From the NCBI RefSeq assembly GCF_003704095.1, contig NW_020846460.1, positions 1 to 64,000 of the forward strand: 64,000 nucleotides of DNA, in the 5' to 3' direction. The notes beneath the pieces were generated by a model. It ran no database searches. It was not told the origin of the DNA and saw only the letters and a list, made by a program, of their open reading frames with translations. This DNA is from Pocillopora damicornis. Taxonomy: Eukaryota. Positions 39,001 through 53,364 of the stretch are shown one piece after another. Position 1 is the stretch's first letter. Each line of letters begins with the position of its first letter. Position numbers and translations under genes: made by a program.

Positions 39001-40182
39001 TCCCTTTTTTCCCGCTCTTTCTTAGACAACACGTACTAGTAGAAAAAGAAGAGCGACGAAAGGCTTATGACTTCTTGCTATCAAATTACGTTTTTCAGCT
39101 TTTCAAGTCATAAATATTTGGAGTTTCTCAGATAAATTTCAGATTACGACAGCTTGAAGACTTAAGCGAGACAAACTGCGTCTTCTTGGTGAGTATTTCA
39201 ACAGAGTATAGCCAATAAATTTTTGCCTAAAAGTTAATTCATTTCGAAAATTAATTGCAAGAAATAGTTCGCCGAAAGCGAACGCTTGGAACTTCTTTGG
39301 ATGAAATACTAGAGGTCAGTCCAAGTTTTGCTCAGACTTATAGCTTGTAGTTGTTATACAGCCAAACCTTATACCAAAAGAGTTAATCAAAACTGAGATT
39401 GAAAAACATTTTTTAACTTAAAATTTGAAAAAGCTACTCGTGCCTGAAAATCTGTATTTAAATCCCTAGCCCGGAAAATCATACGTATCGAAAGTAAATT
39501 CACCCGATGAGGCACGAATCTTTGGCTTCAGCAAATTCTATGCCAATGCAATTCCTAACCTTTTTGTTTTAGGCTGAAAATGGATCAAGTTTGTTAGCGG
39601 TGTTAAATGTAATTTCTAGAAATGCTGTCAGTACTGAAGCCTATATCAATGTGGTCTGTTCGGGGCAGTCTGTATTTGGCGACGAGTGTAAAGTTTGGTG
39701 GGAGCTAATTTCTCTAAATATCTCTCAAGATCTCTCAATGACGACAACTAGATACCATTTATTTTCAAGCATTTTTTAAGTTCACAATATGATAAGGTTT
39801 ATTTTCAAATGAGAGGAACTCTAAAATTAGTAAATAATTCATTAAATTTTTCTTTTTCTGCAATTTCGCTGTGAACACATCTTAGTTCCTCACTCATAAA
39901 TACAAACTGGATTTAAAATAAGTATTCTTGTTTTCTCTTTGTTCGTCTTAACTTGAATATGGTTTTCTTAGACAACAATAAACAACTGAGTGTAAAAACG
40001 TCATCTCACTCAGTATTAATGTCAGCAAGTATTTATCTCATTTTGCCTCAGGAGACTCCGTGGAGTTTTTTTGTGTGTCATGTAGAACTGTAGGCTGTTT
40101 GTTCATGTCTTGGAATTTCCATAATAACTATTATTCAACATTTGTTTTAAATAAGTGCCAAGATGTACAGGGTTTCAATGGT

Positions 40183-40789
40183 TCAGATGATCAGGAACTG
40201 AGAACCTTTATGAAGTGAACAAGCCTTGTTTCCTTTCCTTGGAAGACCATCCTTCCTCAGGGCTATGTACATGTCATGAGCTGTGTCTCTGTAGTACTTG
40301 TGCGAGGAGAACGTGTGAAAACCGTTGATTCCTTGAACGTGTTTGAAAATTGTGCTGTCTGTCTTGCTTTTCTGCGAGTAAAGAAACTGGTATAAGTGCA
40401 AATCCCTATTTTATTGGACAGGGATAGTGTTTTCGTTGACAAAGCTGGATTGGAATAGCCCAATTTTGATATTTTAAAACCTCAGCTTTGAATGATAGAC
40501 ACCATGGCAAGGCTTTGAAGAATAAAACCCAAAACTTTAGAATTATTCCTCGAAGCCTTATTTAATTAAAAATCGAAACTGGGCTTCTCAACAGCAAAGA
40601 AACTAACCGAGGCGTCATGCAAGAAAATCTGTCTATTTATTAGCTTTGCATTACGACCAAATTTTGGCCTTTGGACTTCTGGATCCGTTTCCAAACCCCT
40701 CCCTCTAAAAATGCAAAGGACTCCCCCCTCCCTTCCTATGTTCAATCCCAAAACTAAAAAATATGGGAATAAAACCTGATATGTTGATA

Positions 40790-40831
<42 letters not shown>

Positions 40832-43800
40832 TATATATATAGATGTATATATTTATAATATATATATTTATAATATATCTAACCCTATACTTACTTACTC
40901 TGACTTTATCTATTTCAATCCCTATAACTAACATCGGCTAAATTATACCAGTCATCGTCTCACTTGTTTTCTATTATTGTTTTTTCTCGCAGAGGGATCA
41001 TTTGAAGCGTTACAATAATAGTGTATGGCATAGTATACAAAATTAGGGTCGACGTTGAAAAATTTGAAGAAAATCTTACTCAGTTCTGTTTATGTGATGT
41101 GCTTAGATTGATCTCAATTCTAATTCAAGAGCTTCTTCATTTAACATTCCGTCGTGTGTTACCAGAAGCGAAACAGAGGAAGGAAAATAACACGAAATTG
41201 AATAATTTAAATATTTTGAACATGTTTTGAGCCTGAATAAGGTCATATTGGTCCAGTAACAAACTAAAATAGCCATTCGATAAAAATAGGGCTCAGATGC
41301 CATGAAAAGAAATTCGTTTGGTTTATTCATCAAAATGGCATCCATTCTAACAAAGTTGTTTCCTTTTTATTGAAGCAGTAGAAAGACTTTATAAACTATC
41401 TATTTCAATGATATGATATGATTCGGCAAGCCGTATCAGTTTCAATTCTGAACGGAATAAAACATAAGTTAAACATAGCAAATAAACATAGTACGAAAAT
41501 TGCAAACTGACGTTAATTATCGTTAAGTTACTCTTGGAATAGCAATTTAATTTAAATCTCATTTCATTTAAATAGATTTAATTGTAAAATTGGTGAAATA
41601 TTTTCAAAGGAATTTGACACGGAATTCGCTGAAATCTAAGGATTTTTCGAGAATTTAATTGTGACTTCTACGTGAAACTTGATGTTATGAAAGACGGACA
41701 GGATTTGAAACTCGCGTCAAACTCAAATGCACATCATTGCCTGAAAGTATGTAATGCATTTGGTTGCTTTCGGATTGAGTCATTTTGAAAAGGCGACTCT
41801 CCGACCGCGCAAGATAATATATTTTTGGCAGGTCATAAGTGTACCATGTTATTCTGTTTTTTTTGCGCTATAAAATTTACAGTAATCATCTGAAGCAGTT
41901 CGAGTCCTTGACCCTGACGTATTTTGTCAGTTATATTGGAAAATTACTTGCATGAGCACACAGGTCTCGCTTGTCAGTTCGGTTAACTTTAGTTAATATA
42001 TTGTTCGCTATAAATATATACATATGCTTGATGTCAAAAACAAAATCATGATATAAAGTTCATTACGTTGAAAGAAGAATTAATATCGCGGCTTTTGTCT
42101 ACCGGCATACCAATATTAATCATCATGAAGGAAAATGTGATAATTTACATATCATTAAGGTTTTATTCGACCATAAAAACTTGCTCTGCAAAGTAACTAT
42201 TTAGAAATGATTTTTGATTATCATTTCACGACGTCGCTTTTTAGTGACGGTGAGCATCATCGCAGCAGTTAAGAATTATATTTTCTTAGTTATTACTTAA
42301 AATGGTCACAGTGAGAAAATGATTTAAACATTCTTTTTTTGTCAAGTCATAATCGAAAATCAAATATCGTAGAGCTCTAAAATAGGTGTAATATGCTGTT
42401 TGTGAACTTAGGCAATATCTAAACAGAAAAATGTCCAGTTAATCTTCTCCAGAAAGTCAACTCCCAGTGCGTCTCGTGTCTTACTGCGCTGAGTCCCACT
42501 CGATTCAGTGATGCTACGTGCAGTTTCAGTAGCCAGAAATTGTACCCAACATAGGAGAAATTTGGCAATTTTTCTGTTGATATTAAATGATCCTTGTGCA
42601 TTTAATATGAAAAGATAATGAAACATAATAACCATGCCATACTCAATCCAGTGTTAGACGAGTCAAACGCCATATTCCTCTGCTTTTTTAAGATTTTAGA
42701 CAGTTACATATTTGGTTTTAAAGAAGGAATTGTCATTATTTTCGTCTTCCTTCATTATTACTTTCCACCTTATTTAGGTCCTTAGTTGTTTAAGTCGAAA
42801 GAAGCAATAGGAAAGAAAAAGACACGTGGATGTCAGATCTCAGATGTGCATTCCTAAAGGTTATAGATGAATTGTTTATCTGAGTTTGCTGTGATGGTGA
42901 CAAAATACTTCAATCACAAAAATTATTCAGCAAAAACCAACATTAGACCAAAGCTATCTCCTAGTAGAGGAAACTTGGACAACTTTAGCCATCTTATTTC
43001 TGAATTTTATTCCATCACGTTTCACAACAACAAACAATCAACCGAGAATTAACGAAATGCCTCAACCGAAGAGTCGAAGACATTCTAAAATGCTAAATGA
43101 TTATACTGATATCATATGAGTTAAAAGGTTATTTTATGGAAAAAAATGTAGAATCTATCTATTGTGCAAGTAACGGAATCCGATAAGTTGTTATTTAAGG
43201 ATCACATCGCACCAATTTCCAACCCAACGATCGCTCATAAACTGATACTTTGGTTTCTTTAAGATTCAAAACTACTTCCCTCTCTAAAATGGTCCTGTTG
43301 TGTGCTGTAAAAGTATATTTGCTTTGTCAGGAGAATTTCTATAGCGATTAGAGAGGGTCATTGACCGATTGATACCAATTAGTCTTCTTGTAACGTTGAT
43401 ATACCCCGATAGAAATTGTGACTTTTTCAAGTCAACGCTGTTAATCAGCAATATCGAAATTTTCTTTGGAACAATCATCGACAGTTATTATAATTATTAT
43501 ATGAAGAAACTTCATCTTTGGTCTTTTATAATTATGGTAAAGATCAGGTATTCGAAGAAGAGGTGCATTGTTTTCTTTTTCTTTCGGAGCCTGGCATACA
43601 GCAATCAGACCAGTAAAAAAATATGGCCTTAGTTCAATAATTCCTGATACTCTGTTTCTTGTCAGGGCTGGCCTGTAATGGGCCGTGCTATGTAGTCAGT
43701 TTGTGGTAGAGTTCGTGCGGCACTATTGTACATTCGTCAAAGTATACGAGCAAGTTTAAAATGTACACGGCTGTCAATGAGATTCGTTCCATACAAATGT

Positions 43801-46800
43801 ATTGGGGGACCTTAATGTCTGCACGCAATAAATTTGACCAAGTCGTGGCATAAACATCATAAAATTATCTCCAAGAAGTAAGCAGTTACTGGGAAAGTTG
43901 AACAGCCTCCAGTGAAAACGCTCAGTAGGAGGTACAAGGTCTGATACTTCTACCAAAATTCAGTAATGAGTTGGAGAATGGTTACTAAATTGAAAAATGT
44001 ATTAAGCTTACCATTGAAAACAGTCGTCCATTGCTATCCATTGCCAGATATCGTCCTACAGCAGGGCTGTAAATCTGAATCAATCCTTTCCCAATCGACT
44101 GCAACTGCAGATTGACTGTAAACGATGAAAGAATATAAATTACAAGACTCATTCGACAGTTAACACATATAACAAAGGGTTTGCGAAAACGCAGTCGTGT
44201 ATCTTTAATTTAGGCTGGTATCAAGGCAGAAGCGGCTGTGGTACATATTAGTTGTATATTTGAACACACGGCGCTTTTGAGTTAAATGAAATCACAGCTC
44301 AACCAAACGAAATTGAGCTGCCTAAGAAGCTTTCAAAGCTATGCAGTGTTTCCTAGTCAGCAACATTAAAAATATTGCCTTGGATTTCTTCAGTCGAGAT
44401 GTTCAAGTTAGGGGCATATCTTCTCCCTAACGAAGTTAAATCCCTAACGAAGCAGTACCTATAATATTATTGGAACTCTCTGGTTCCGGCCTATAGCTTT
44501 AAATCGTTCAATTTGAAACAGTGCATCGCATATTAACGTAAAATTCCGGCAAATTTTGAGTTCTTTTGCTAAACGAAGTTCGACTTCTACCAGCTGATTC
44601 AGTGATCAAAAGTAGTCAGTCAAGAAGTGTCAGGTTTCGGACTTGAGGAAAGCGGGCCGCCGCCATCTTTATTTTGTGAGCAGTACAGTTAGACGCTTTT
44701 GTAACGGTATTAACACTAAATTTCTCCTTTCTAGCGGTGGCATTTTCATTATCTACCTTTACTTCATCTGAAGTCAGAAAATTTTCTCCTTAGTTACTAA
44801 AAATTTTTGTGGCTTCATTATTGTCAGACGAAATGCACTGGAATCGTCACGTAAGGCTTCATAACAACTCAGTAGGTAAACCTTCGATCATTTACCTGCT
44901 TTAGACAGAAGATGCTTCGAAACAAATGTAGCTGTGGAGCAGCGTGATTAACTTTTCCTTCGAAATATTTCATGTAAGATGCAACAAATTCTTCAGAATA
45001 CTGGGCTAGAATATATACTTCTGGAACTTTCTAACTTGCGTGAATTTTAAGTTTTATTGTGGCAACTGACTTTCATAAACACAAAAAGCCTTTGTTCTCT
45101 GAAAACCTAACGAACCATTTTTAAAATGAATTGGACTTTCTTTAAGTAACGCCTTTCCAAATTCCGCTGATTCACTATGTCTAAGCTCAAAATGTATCCA
45201 TTCGACTGATTGTCTACTAAAGATCGCTCGACAACAAATAACATCGCACCGATGCCCATAAGTTAAGCTGAAATGATATTAAACTATTTGAGGCTCGGAC
45301 ATTATTTATTACGATTTGATGGCGACTAGCTACTATAAAAAAGTAAATAATAAAGACAAATAATAAAATAAAACAGGCCATATGAAAGATCTGTAAAGGA
45401 GTCCTTGACCCCTTTCAGAAACAGACCACCAAAAAGGCAATTAAGTGAAATTAATAACATTAACACACCTCCTCATTCCCACACTTAAATAAGACTATAA
45501 CAATAGAAATTTTCTGACTTTCTACCTAAATGTTCTTTTATTAGTTTCAAAGCGAGATTCCATAAGTTGTTCATTCCATCTATTTACAATTCTATAAATG
45601 AATATTTTAGTACGTTAGTTTTAGCGTATTTCTTTTTCAGAGTTAAGTTATCGCTATGCCTAAGGGGTAACGGTCATGTACTGAATTAAAATCAATATAA
45701 GGTTGAATATCACCATTAATCATGCCATTCAGCGCTTCGTAAAGGAAGGTGTCATCAACTAAAACTCTTCTTTGTTCAAGTGATAGTGAGCACAGTTTCT
45801 TTAATCGGGCTTCATACTTTAAGATGAAGTTGGTGCCTCTTTTCAATGCTTTTTCAACTTTTTCCATGTATTCATGTTACGGTGATTAAACAAGTTCGTT
45901 TTCTGTGATAGATTTTGAATAAATCTCAATCAAATGAACAGTGATTAATAAGGGATATAATGAAACTCGTACCTAATGGCTATCAATTCTTTGGTTCTCT
46001 AACTCAGAGACCGACTGGGTACGAGTCTGCAGTAAAGTAGCATTGCACGTGCGATATCAAACTCGTTCTCAAGCTTTTTACTAAGGAAGACAGACATCTC
46101 CACAAAACGAGTAACCGAAATAGCCGAATTCTACTTCTCTGGAAAACGCTTTCCCGGACTGAGAGCAAATTTTACATTTTTCTGCGATAACGAATTTTCA
46201 TGATAGCTTTCAGAAGAAGTAAGAGATTCAACTTTGATGAAAGCTTGACTGAGTGTGTACTGCATGCGCTCAAATTTGAGGTTCCGAAATATAAGTGGAA
46301 AATTGTCTAAAAGGGGCGTCGGTCTCAATGCGTAATACATGTGCATTCCTTAGGGAATTTTGGCGAGCTATTTTCATTCGAATAACAACCATGAGTATTT
46401 TGGTCAAAGGTTCCTCGTCTTCCCTCCTGGCCTCTTTTAGAGAAATATCCTCTTTCACTTTTTTTGTGATGATCTGAGGAAGTTGATGAACTCAAAGCGG
46501 ACATAGGAAGATTAGTTGAGGGTTTTTTTAAACAGGAAACTGTAACGGTAAATACGTGAGTATGAATAACTTAGCTGTATATAGGAGTTCTCTTATTCAG
46601 GAATTTGAAATATAATTCCTTGTTAATCTTTCCAGTTTCCTTTCATCTTAAAAAGCCAAGGAATCATTTTGAATCTCCATTAACAAGATTGTTTTTTTTT
46701 CTGTTAAATTTTCTACTGAAATGATATTCTAGATGGTCTTTCTAATAACTAGACAATAGTTGACGCTCATGTTGTCTACTGGAGCGTACATTTATTGATT

Positions 46801-47715
46801 TGTGGCTTCCCGAACAGACACAGAATAAGTCCTCTCTGAAGCAGATATTTCATTTTTCATTTTTCAATGCTTGCTTGATAATAAACAAAGTCGCCTTGAG
46901 CTGTCATAACAATGATCCAACAATTTAGATTCTGATATTCAGTCTATATCTCTTCTTTTGAAGCGTCAAATTACCGAATCAATCATTTTCATCCGCCACA
47001 CAAGCTTGAAATAATTACAACTTTGTGTGTATAGCTTATGCTCGGCATTAAGAAATAAAAATCTTGATACGATGATTGTTTTCCATTCTTTTTCCATTCA
47101 AAGAATGGAAAGTCTTTCATATTTTTTCTCTCCGTTGTATCGAAGATTTGATATGACACATTTGTTCGGTTTTATCGTTTACAGTTTATTTCGTATTATT
47201 AAGTTGGGTTCCATGCATCTTTTCGTTTCTTATTTAACTAAGTATGGCTATTTCGGTAGAATTTATTCCGATAAATTCGAAAACTACACTGAAATTTATC
47301 TATAATACTCGAATTTAAAACTTTCTTTAGATTTAAATGCAGTTCGATAATGCACATGCTGTGATATGCCACGTGCGCGCGAAAATACACAAATCCATTT
47401 GACTATACCTTCATCATTGTTCTGCTCTCTTGTTCCACTGACGTTACCGTCATCTTGTAGTCGAAGAAACCAATTATTTTTACTAAATAACTTGACTTGT
47501 GTAATACTGCTTTCCTCGTCTGTGACACCGAAATCTCTCAAGGAAAATATATTCAGGTTTATCTTAGTCGCAGACCATTGCACGGCTTTTAACTGTAGGA
47601 GTGCTGACTTCGTTCGGACCCACTCTTTCGCTCGACAGGCCGTGATTTCGTTTATCTGTGCTTTAAGTAGCTTTGCATCCATGGAAAATACTTCTTGTTC
47701 CAGTAAAAGCGCCAT
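40183..47715 (-). CDS. Fibroblast growth factor (FGF-B), no signal peptide, 199 aa
   Basis: Exons 47715-47409, 44115-44012 (104 nt) and 40371-40183. Motifs: KLFSKNNWFLRLQDDGNVSGT, LQSIGKGLIQI..GRYLAMDSNGRLFS, NGFHTFSSHKY..MYIALRKDGLPRKG..SQFL. Confidence 0.93.
40792..40878 (+). repeat. (TA)n/(CA)n microsatellite
   Basis: Seen directly, in FGF-B intron 2. Confidence 0.9.
45340..45870 (-). mobile_element. CR1/L2-type LINE 3' fragment in FGF-B intron 1
   Basis: ORF2 C-terminal motifs YEARLKKL.SLSLEQRR..D.TFLY..LNG and KYAKTNVLKYSF..RIVNRWN, followed by 3' UTR and a (TTTA)-like tail. Confidence 0.75.
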
Positions 47716-50700
47716 TTTAGTCGTTTATCTAGCAAGAATAAGCATTGCATCATTTAAACTTTCATGATCAGTTCAGGTTGGGTACATAAGCGTTCGACCG
47801 GAAGGCCCCTTGACGTAAAGTGATGCGACAGTTAATGCATGACGTTCATGAAGATACGGGTGAGTGGTGGCTACTTTAAAACACAATTGACTGTCTGCAA
47901 TTTTGACTGCACTTTCATTAATCTGCATTTCAATGATTGCATTTATAAGTGAGTTGAAAACCTCTTCGCGATGTCATTAAGTCCAAATGTCAAAGAAAAG
48001 TGAGCCCTCGTTTGTTCCTCATTTAATGCTGAAAAGCACTTTTGTACCATTTGATTTATGTTTCAAATCCATTATGTACTTATTTCTTCAGAACCATTAA
48101 CAAGATTTATTTTATAAATGTGAAATACAGTTTGTTTGGCGAAGAATCTTATCCATGCAATGGTATATGAGGTTGAGAATTTCGATTGAAATAATGGGAG
48201 ATCTTTTTTAGCAGCTTAAGTTTTAATTGCCGACGAATTCTTTACTCAAATTTAGAAAGTGAACAATTAAGTTGTGGCAGTCTTTTAGAGCTGTCGACTT
48301 CTTTTGTTTCAATCTATTTTATATCCGTTCTCATCTACAATATATCAATAACCACGAAATGCACTTAAGTAAAACTCTTACTATTGTAGGGCGATATGGA
48401 GCAATTACCCCGCCATACCTTAACCAGACGCTTTTAAGAAAATTAATCTCTTCTACCAGAATTGCCTGACCCAACACTCCTAGAGGACAAATAATTAATT
48501 GCTGGGAAATAAATTGTGGACGTGAGTCTGAACATGTAAGTTGTGGTGACGTTTGTAAGTGGTTGAAGCTGAACACGTTATTCCGGAGAGAGCTATTGAT
48601 TAAAAGTCAATCCTCTCACACTCATCACGTACTGTTTTAGTGAGAGCAAATGCACGCTCCTCTACTTAAAAAGAAAAAGAAAAAGGATACCGAAAATAGA
48701 CTACAAAAAGTATCTTTTAACCGCTTTATGTTAGATTCCAACCATGAAATGAAAATTTCTTGGTAGGAATACGGTTCTCTTTTCACAATAACCCGAAACA
48801 GCTGCATACCTGTTATGGATTTTTTTTTTATTTTGCTGAGAAAGGTGAAAAGCTTACATCCATCAATTATTGTGAATTTGTTCAGTCGAAGGAAAAGCGA
48901 TATGGATTGGTTTCAGTGTGTGATTTTGATAAAGATTAAAAAAGTCACCTCTGATAAATCTGACCGTGAGGCTTAGGGTGTCTAAATCAGCCATGAACAC
49001 TTTGAATCAAAAATGATATTTAAACGACTTTTATTTGGTTAGTATTGCTTGAAGAAATACAATGACGCGGAATTTTTCATTATTTTCTAGGTGAACATCT
49101 AAATGACCATTTGTTCCAAAACGTTTAAGTTAGCGCGCAACTTTGCGAAACGGCGTCCAACTTATTATTCTAAATGTTGATCTTGAATAAATTAAAAAGC
49201 TTGAAATGACCCATAATTCACCGAAGGATTTTAGAATGTTGGCATTTTTTTGGACGTCACCTACGATTAGATTTTTTCATTAGCAGTGAGACCTTAGAAC
49301 ATAAACTGGCCCTTGAAATTAGACATCATTCTATAAGACATCACTTGACAGAAGAAATGACGAATAGCTTACCTCAGTAAGAGCAATTCTTTTTTAACAT
49401 CAACCACGCGAGTTCATGTTGCGTTTCAGCAAATAATCCTAACTGTCATGTTTCAAAATTTTTCTTATCCGTAAAAATTTAAAATCAGAGTTGAACTGGT
49501 TTTGAACGGTACATGTAATACGTTGACATGAACAAATATAGACAATTTTTCTCTGGTAAATGTAAATTTTTTTGGTCCGCGGAATCCGACCGATCAAATT
49601 TGAATTTTGCCGTCCGGGGTGAAAAAACCTGCATACAGTCGTTCTGTTATTTGGGAGCAACAGAGCTCTGAAGTCTACCCCGTAGATTGCCCAATTTCTG
49701 ACCGGATTTCTCGATGCCCTTTAGTCTCGATCGCTGAAAATCTCAGTTAGTTTTAAATCTGCAAAATTTCGTAGACAATGATAAATATCTCACGGAGTGC
49801 GATGGTAAACCGTCTAGGGTGAACTCATGAAGGCAAAAGCATTCAATATTTCTTCATTTCTTCTTTCACATAATTATTCTCTCTCCAGTTCTTCCTTTTT
49901 TCGTTTTTAATTTTTCTTTTCTCTCCATTTTCCTTCTTGCAATAAAGGTAGAGATGAGATTAATTGACCGCGGGGATGAAGCTGACCAAGAATTAGACTT
50001 CAAAAGAATTCGCCGGCTACAAACGTCCTCACCAAGATGACATGTGATTATAATCGGAGTTATAGAAAAACTTATTGCGCGGTATGGTTTTGCATCAGAA
50101 AGGATTTATATCTTATTGTCAGAAGAAGCTGTTATTGTCGCTGCTGTTGCTTTTTTATCAACTGGATCAGATAAGATGTGGCAAAACAACTCCAATCTCC
50201 AATTGAGAGATCGAATGCTGCGTTTCTCAGACTTGCATAGGATTTTAAACTTATTAATATGGGGTTTCTCGTTAACTTAAAAACGTAGATCTTTAATTGA
50301 AGTGCGATTGATTTTTTGCCTTTAATTCTTGGTTGAATCGATGGTGACAAAACGAAAACTGGGCGCTTTAATTTTCTATAATTTTTTATCATTATTTTTC
50401 CTTTTGTTGTGAATTTTTCTTTATGAAGTACGAAAAAAATTCGTCCATGCTAATCAGCTTCAGAATTTTTAATCTATTCTGTTTGACAATAAACATTAAA
50501 CACCAATTTTCTTCAAATCTCGAGAGTTCTGGTTCACCATTTTTACTTCGAAAAGACAGAATTACACAAAAGCTAAAACTGTTGAACTAGTCTGGAGAAA
50601 AATCAAATAGTTCACGCTGCTTGCATTAAAACAGGGCAGTGGGCTCCAAATTCGAATCCTTGTAAAAAGTAAAAAAAAAAAAATAGAATCAAATAGATTT

Positions 50701-53364
50701 AAACTAAAGAAATGTATTTTATCCAAAAAATTTTAGCTTAGTTCAAATTTGCTCACCTTTTGTTCGGAGTTAATAACAGCTCCCGCAGTTACGAAGCTCT
50801 CCTCGTTGAACGCTGATGCGCGAGCAACTGAAGGCGTTGCTTTTCATGCGAAGATTAAATATAGCATCTTATATTTTTCTGCCGGGAAGATAATAACTTA
50901 GTTCTTATTTCAATGAGATGCCACCACCCCCGAAGCCTAGAAAATCATCAGACGGCAGTATAAAAACATCAAGAATGTGTTTTGACTCGATATGTTCCTT
51001 AATTGAAGGAGAAAACCCACACTACACTTAACACGATTGGTTGCCTCTAATAGCTCGACTGCACTCGGTCATTTGATTTGACTTTTGCGCCAAAACAATT
51101 ATTATCTCATAGCTATGGCCAAAATTGGGCAGGATTGCTGCCTTGTTTATAATATTTTCTCTATGACTTTAGCCAAAGGGAAGAAAAAACTGCTCTAATG
51201 AGAAAATTCCTTCGTGGGCTAAATTAGAATCATAATATTTCGATTTGAAGTTTTCAGCGTCTGAATTTGAAATTTATGACATCGTTATTGAAATCCATAC
51301 ACGCTGAAAATTTCGGGAACACCAAACACTGCTAGGATTCAAACGGTAAACATCTTCATTGCAATTTGATGCATTTTCCACACGATAACTAGGAAAAAAA
51401 GCATTTGTTTTGTGTTGTTGCTAGTAACCAAAATGTAATTAACAATCTATGCAGGAGACTTAAATCGCATTAAAAAAGAATCACTTCAGGTTTAAAATGT
51501 CTGTTTTTTCCTGTATTCTGTAATCTCTATTTCGGTGTTTGCAGCAGGTAACTGCATGGTTCCGAACAAAACAATAATTTTCAGATATTTTAGGAGATGA
51601 TGTTTTCAACATTGATTATAGCTAGTGATAGTTTTGGCAAAACGAAGCTGCTGATGTCGAAAATAGAAGGCAGAAAAGAAAACATGAGCGAATATCGATA
51701 ATTAGAAAGTTCTTTACTGTTGTTACTGACACAGAACCGCTATGAACGCAAGAGGATCTCAAGATCCAAAATGTTACCATTTCGACTTTGCTCGAAATTG
51801 AAAGATAAAGATGATAAGGACTTTATAGGAAAGCTGATTGTTTATTAATTATTAAAAAAAAGGGATGAACGTAACACATAACTGCTTTTCTAGACCGACT
51901 ACAATCTGATTGGCATGCCTAAATGCGGTATCTAACTGAACAATCAGAAATCTCGATACTAGCAGTACTAGATGAACACAATGGCAAAGAGGGAAAAAAG
52001 ATATGTGACAAGGCCGCTAAAGATGCGCAAAAACTGAGGTATTCCCTCCCCCTAGGAAGGGGTACATAGGTTTACTGATAGGCCGCGGATGTCCCTTAAA
52101 AAGACTTACAGGTATCGCATTTTTTGCGAGTAGATAATCTAACCTGTTCGGTATGTCTAAAAATAACGTGGATAGCGTGAGTCGGCTGAATATTTTTTCC
52201 TGTTTCCGGAATCTGTTTATTTTGAACCTGGGGCTAAGAATCCCATCCCATGGATTCTCAATGACAAACAAAGGCAGAATATGTTTTGTAGAATTCATAC
52301 AATGTTTAATGGCAAACATACAATCATATGAAGTAAATATTACCCAGGAGGGCTTTAAATTTTTCGAATATGGCTTTAAACATATTTCCTGCTTAATTCC
52401 TAAAGCGAAGTTCAAGTTAATGAAGTAGGGTCTCGTTCCACAGGGAATTCTCTTAAGTTGATTATAGGGTCAATGTTTCTTTTTTCCTGAAAATAATTTT
52501 TAAATATTTCTTTTGTCATTCATGGATGTTTTATGAGGTGAACAAATGAAGTTTCTTTCCACGAGCTTTTTTTTTCATTTGACTGGCACTCTGCGATCTT
52601 TTTCCCCGTTCTGATTGGTCATTGTGGTTGCTTTGACTTTGGTTATGCAACGCGCATTCGAAAGACGCTCTTGAAAACGTCAAACTATTCGCAAAAAAAG
52701 GTGTATGTTGTGGCTGTTTGAAATCGAATTGTCAACCTTGAGATGGACTGGCATCCTATCCAGGGGGGAGGGGTGATATTCCTAGTCGCTTCATTTGGAA
52801 ACCGGGAAAAGCTCGGGCTCATGAGCCACATCGCTCGAGCACAAACTTTATCCTCTTTTACAAAGCGTTTGCAGAAAAAATACGTTTAGTTTTCATAGAA
52901 GCGACATTTTCTTGTAAAATTAAGAAAGCTTTTATTTCTTGTTTGTTTTGCCTTGTTGCTTTACATTGCATAAATAAAATGTAGACGCGATGATTATATT
53001 AATGAATTTTACATCAATATATAAAACACTGATTTCACACTTCGTAAATCTGATAAAAAATAATCAGTGGTGTACATAAATAATACTGATAAATGGATCC
53101 TTAAAAATGTCCTTATTGTGAGGAATAATATCAGAAACCACTTTTAAAATGGCTTGAGAGTTATTCCGTAGAATTATATTACTCTTCCAACAATTTTGCA
53201 TTGCTTCAAGGTTCATGCTGAAAGCTACTTTCAGCCTGCGGGGCATTAAACTCTAAAAATTTACCAACTTTACGTCCCATTTGATGGGATTTAAATTCGA
53301 GAATTATGAATATTTTAAAAAATTCCGAGTCGCTAAGCAACATCTAAAGCTCAAAATAGGGTGA

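Noticed and set aside
38763-39032. Basic ORF with faint bHLH-like ERER stretch
   Set aside because: Motif spacing is wrong, and there is no second helix and no ATG.
46131-46480. Short ORFs and an acceptor in FGF-B intron 1
   Set aside because: No recognisable protein, and inclusion would not preserve the FGF reading frame.
52017-52428. Overlapping 132-aa and 91-aa ORFs between FGF-B and FGF-C
   Set aside because: No recognisable domain, no FGF motifs and no coherent splice structure.
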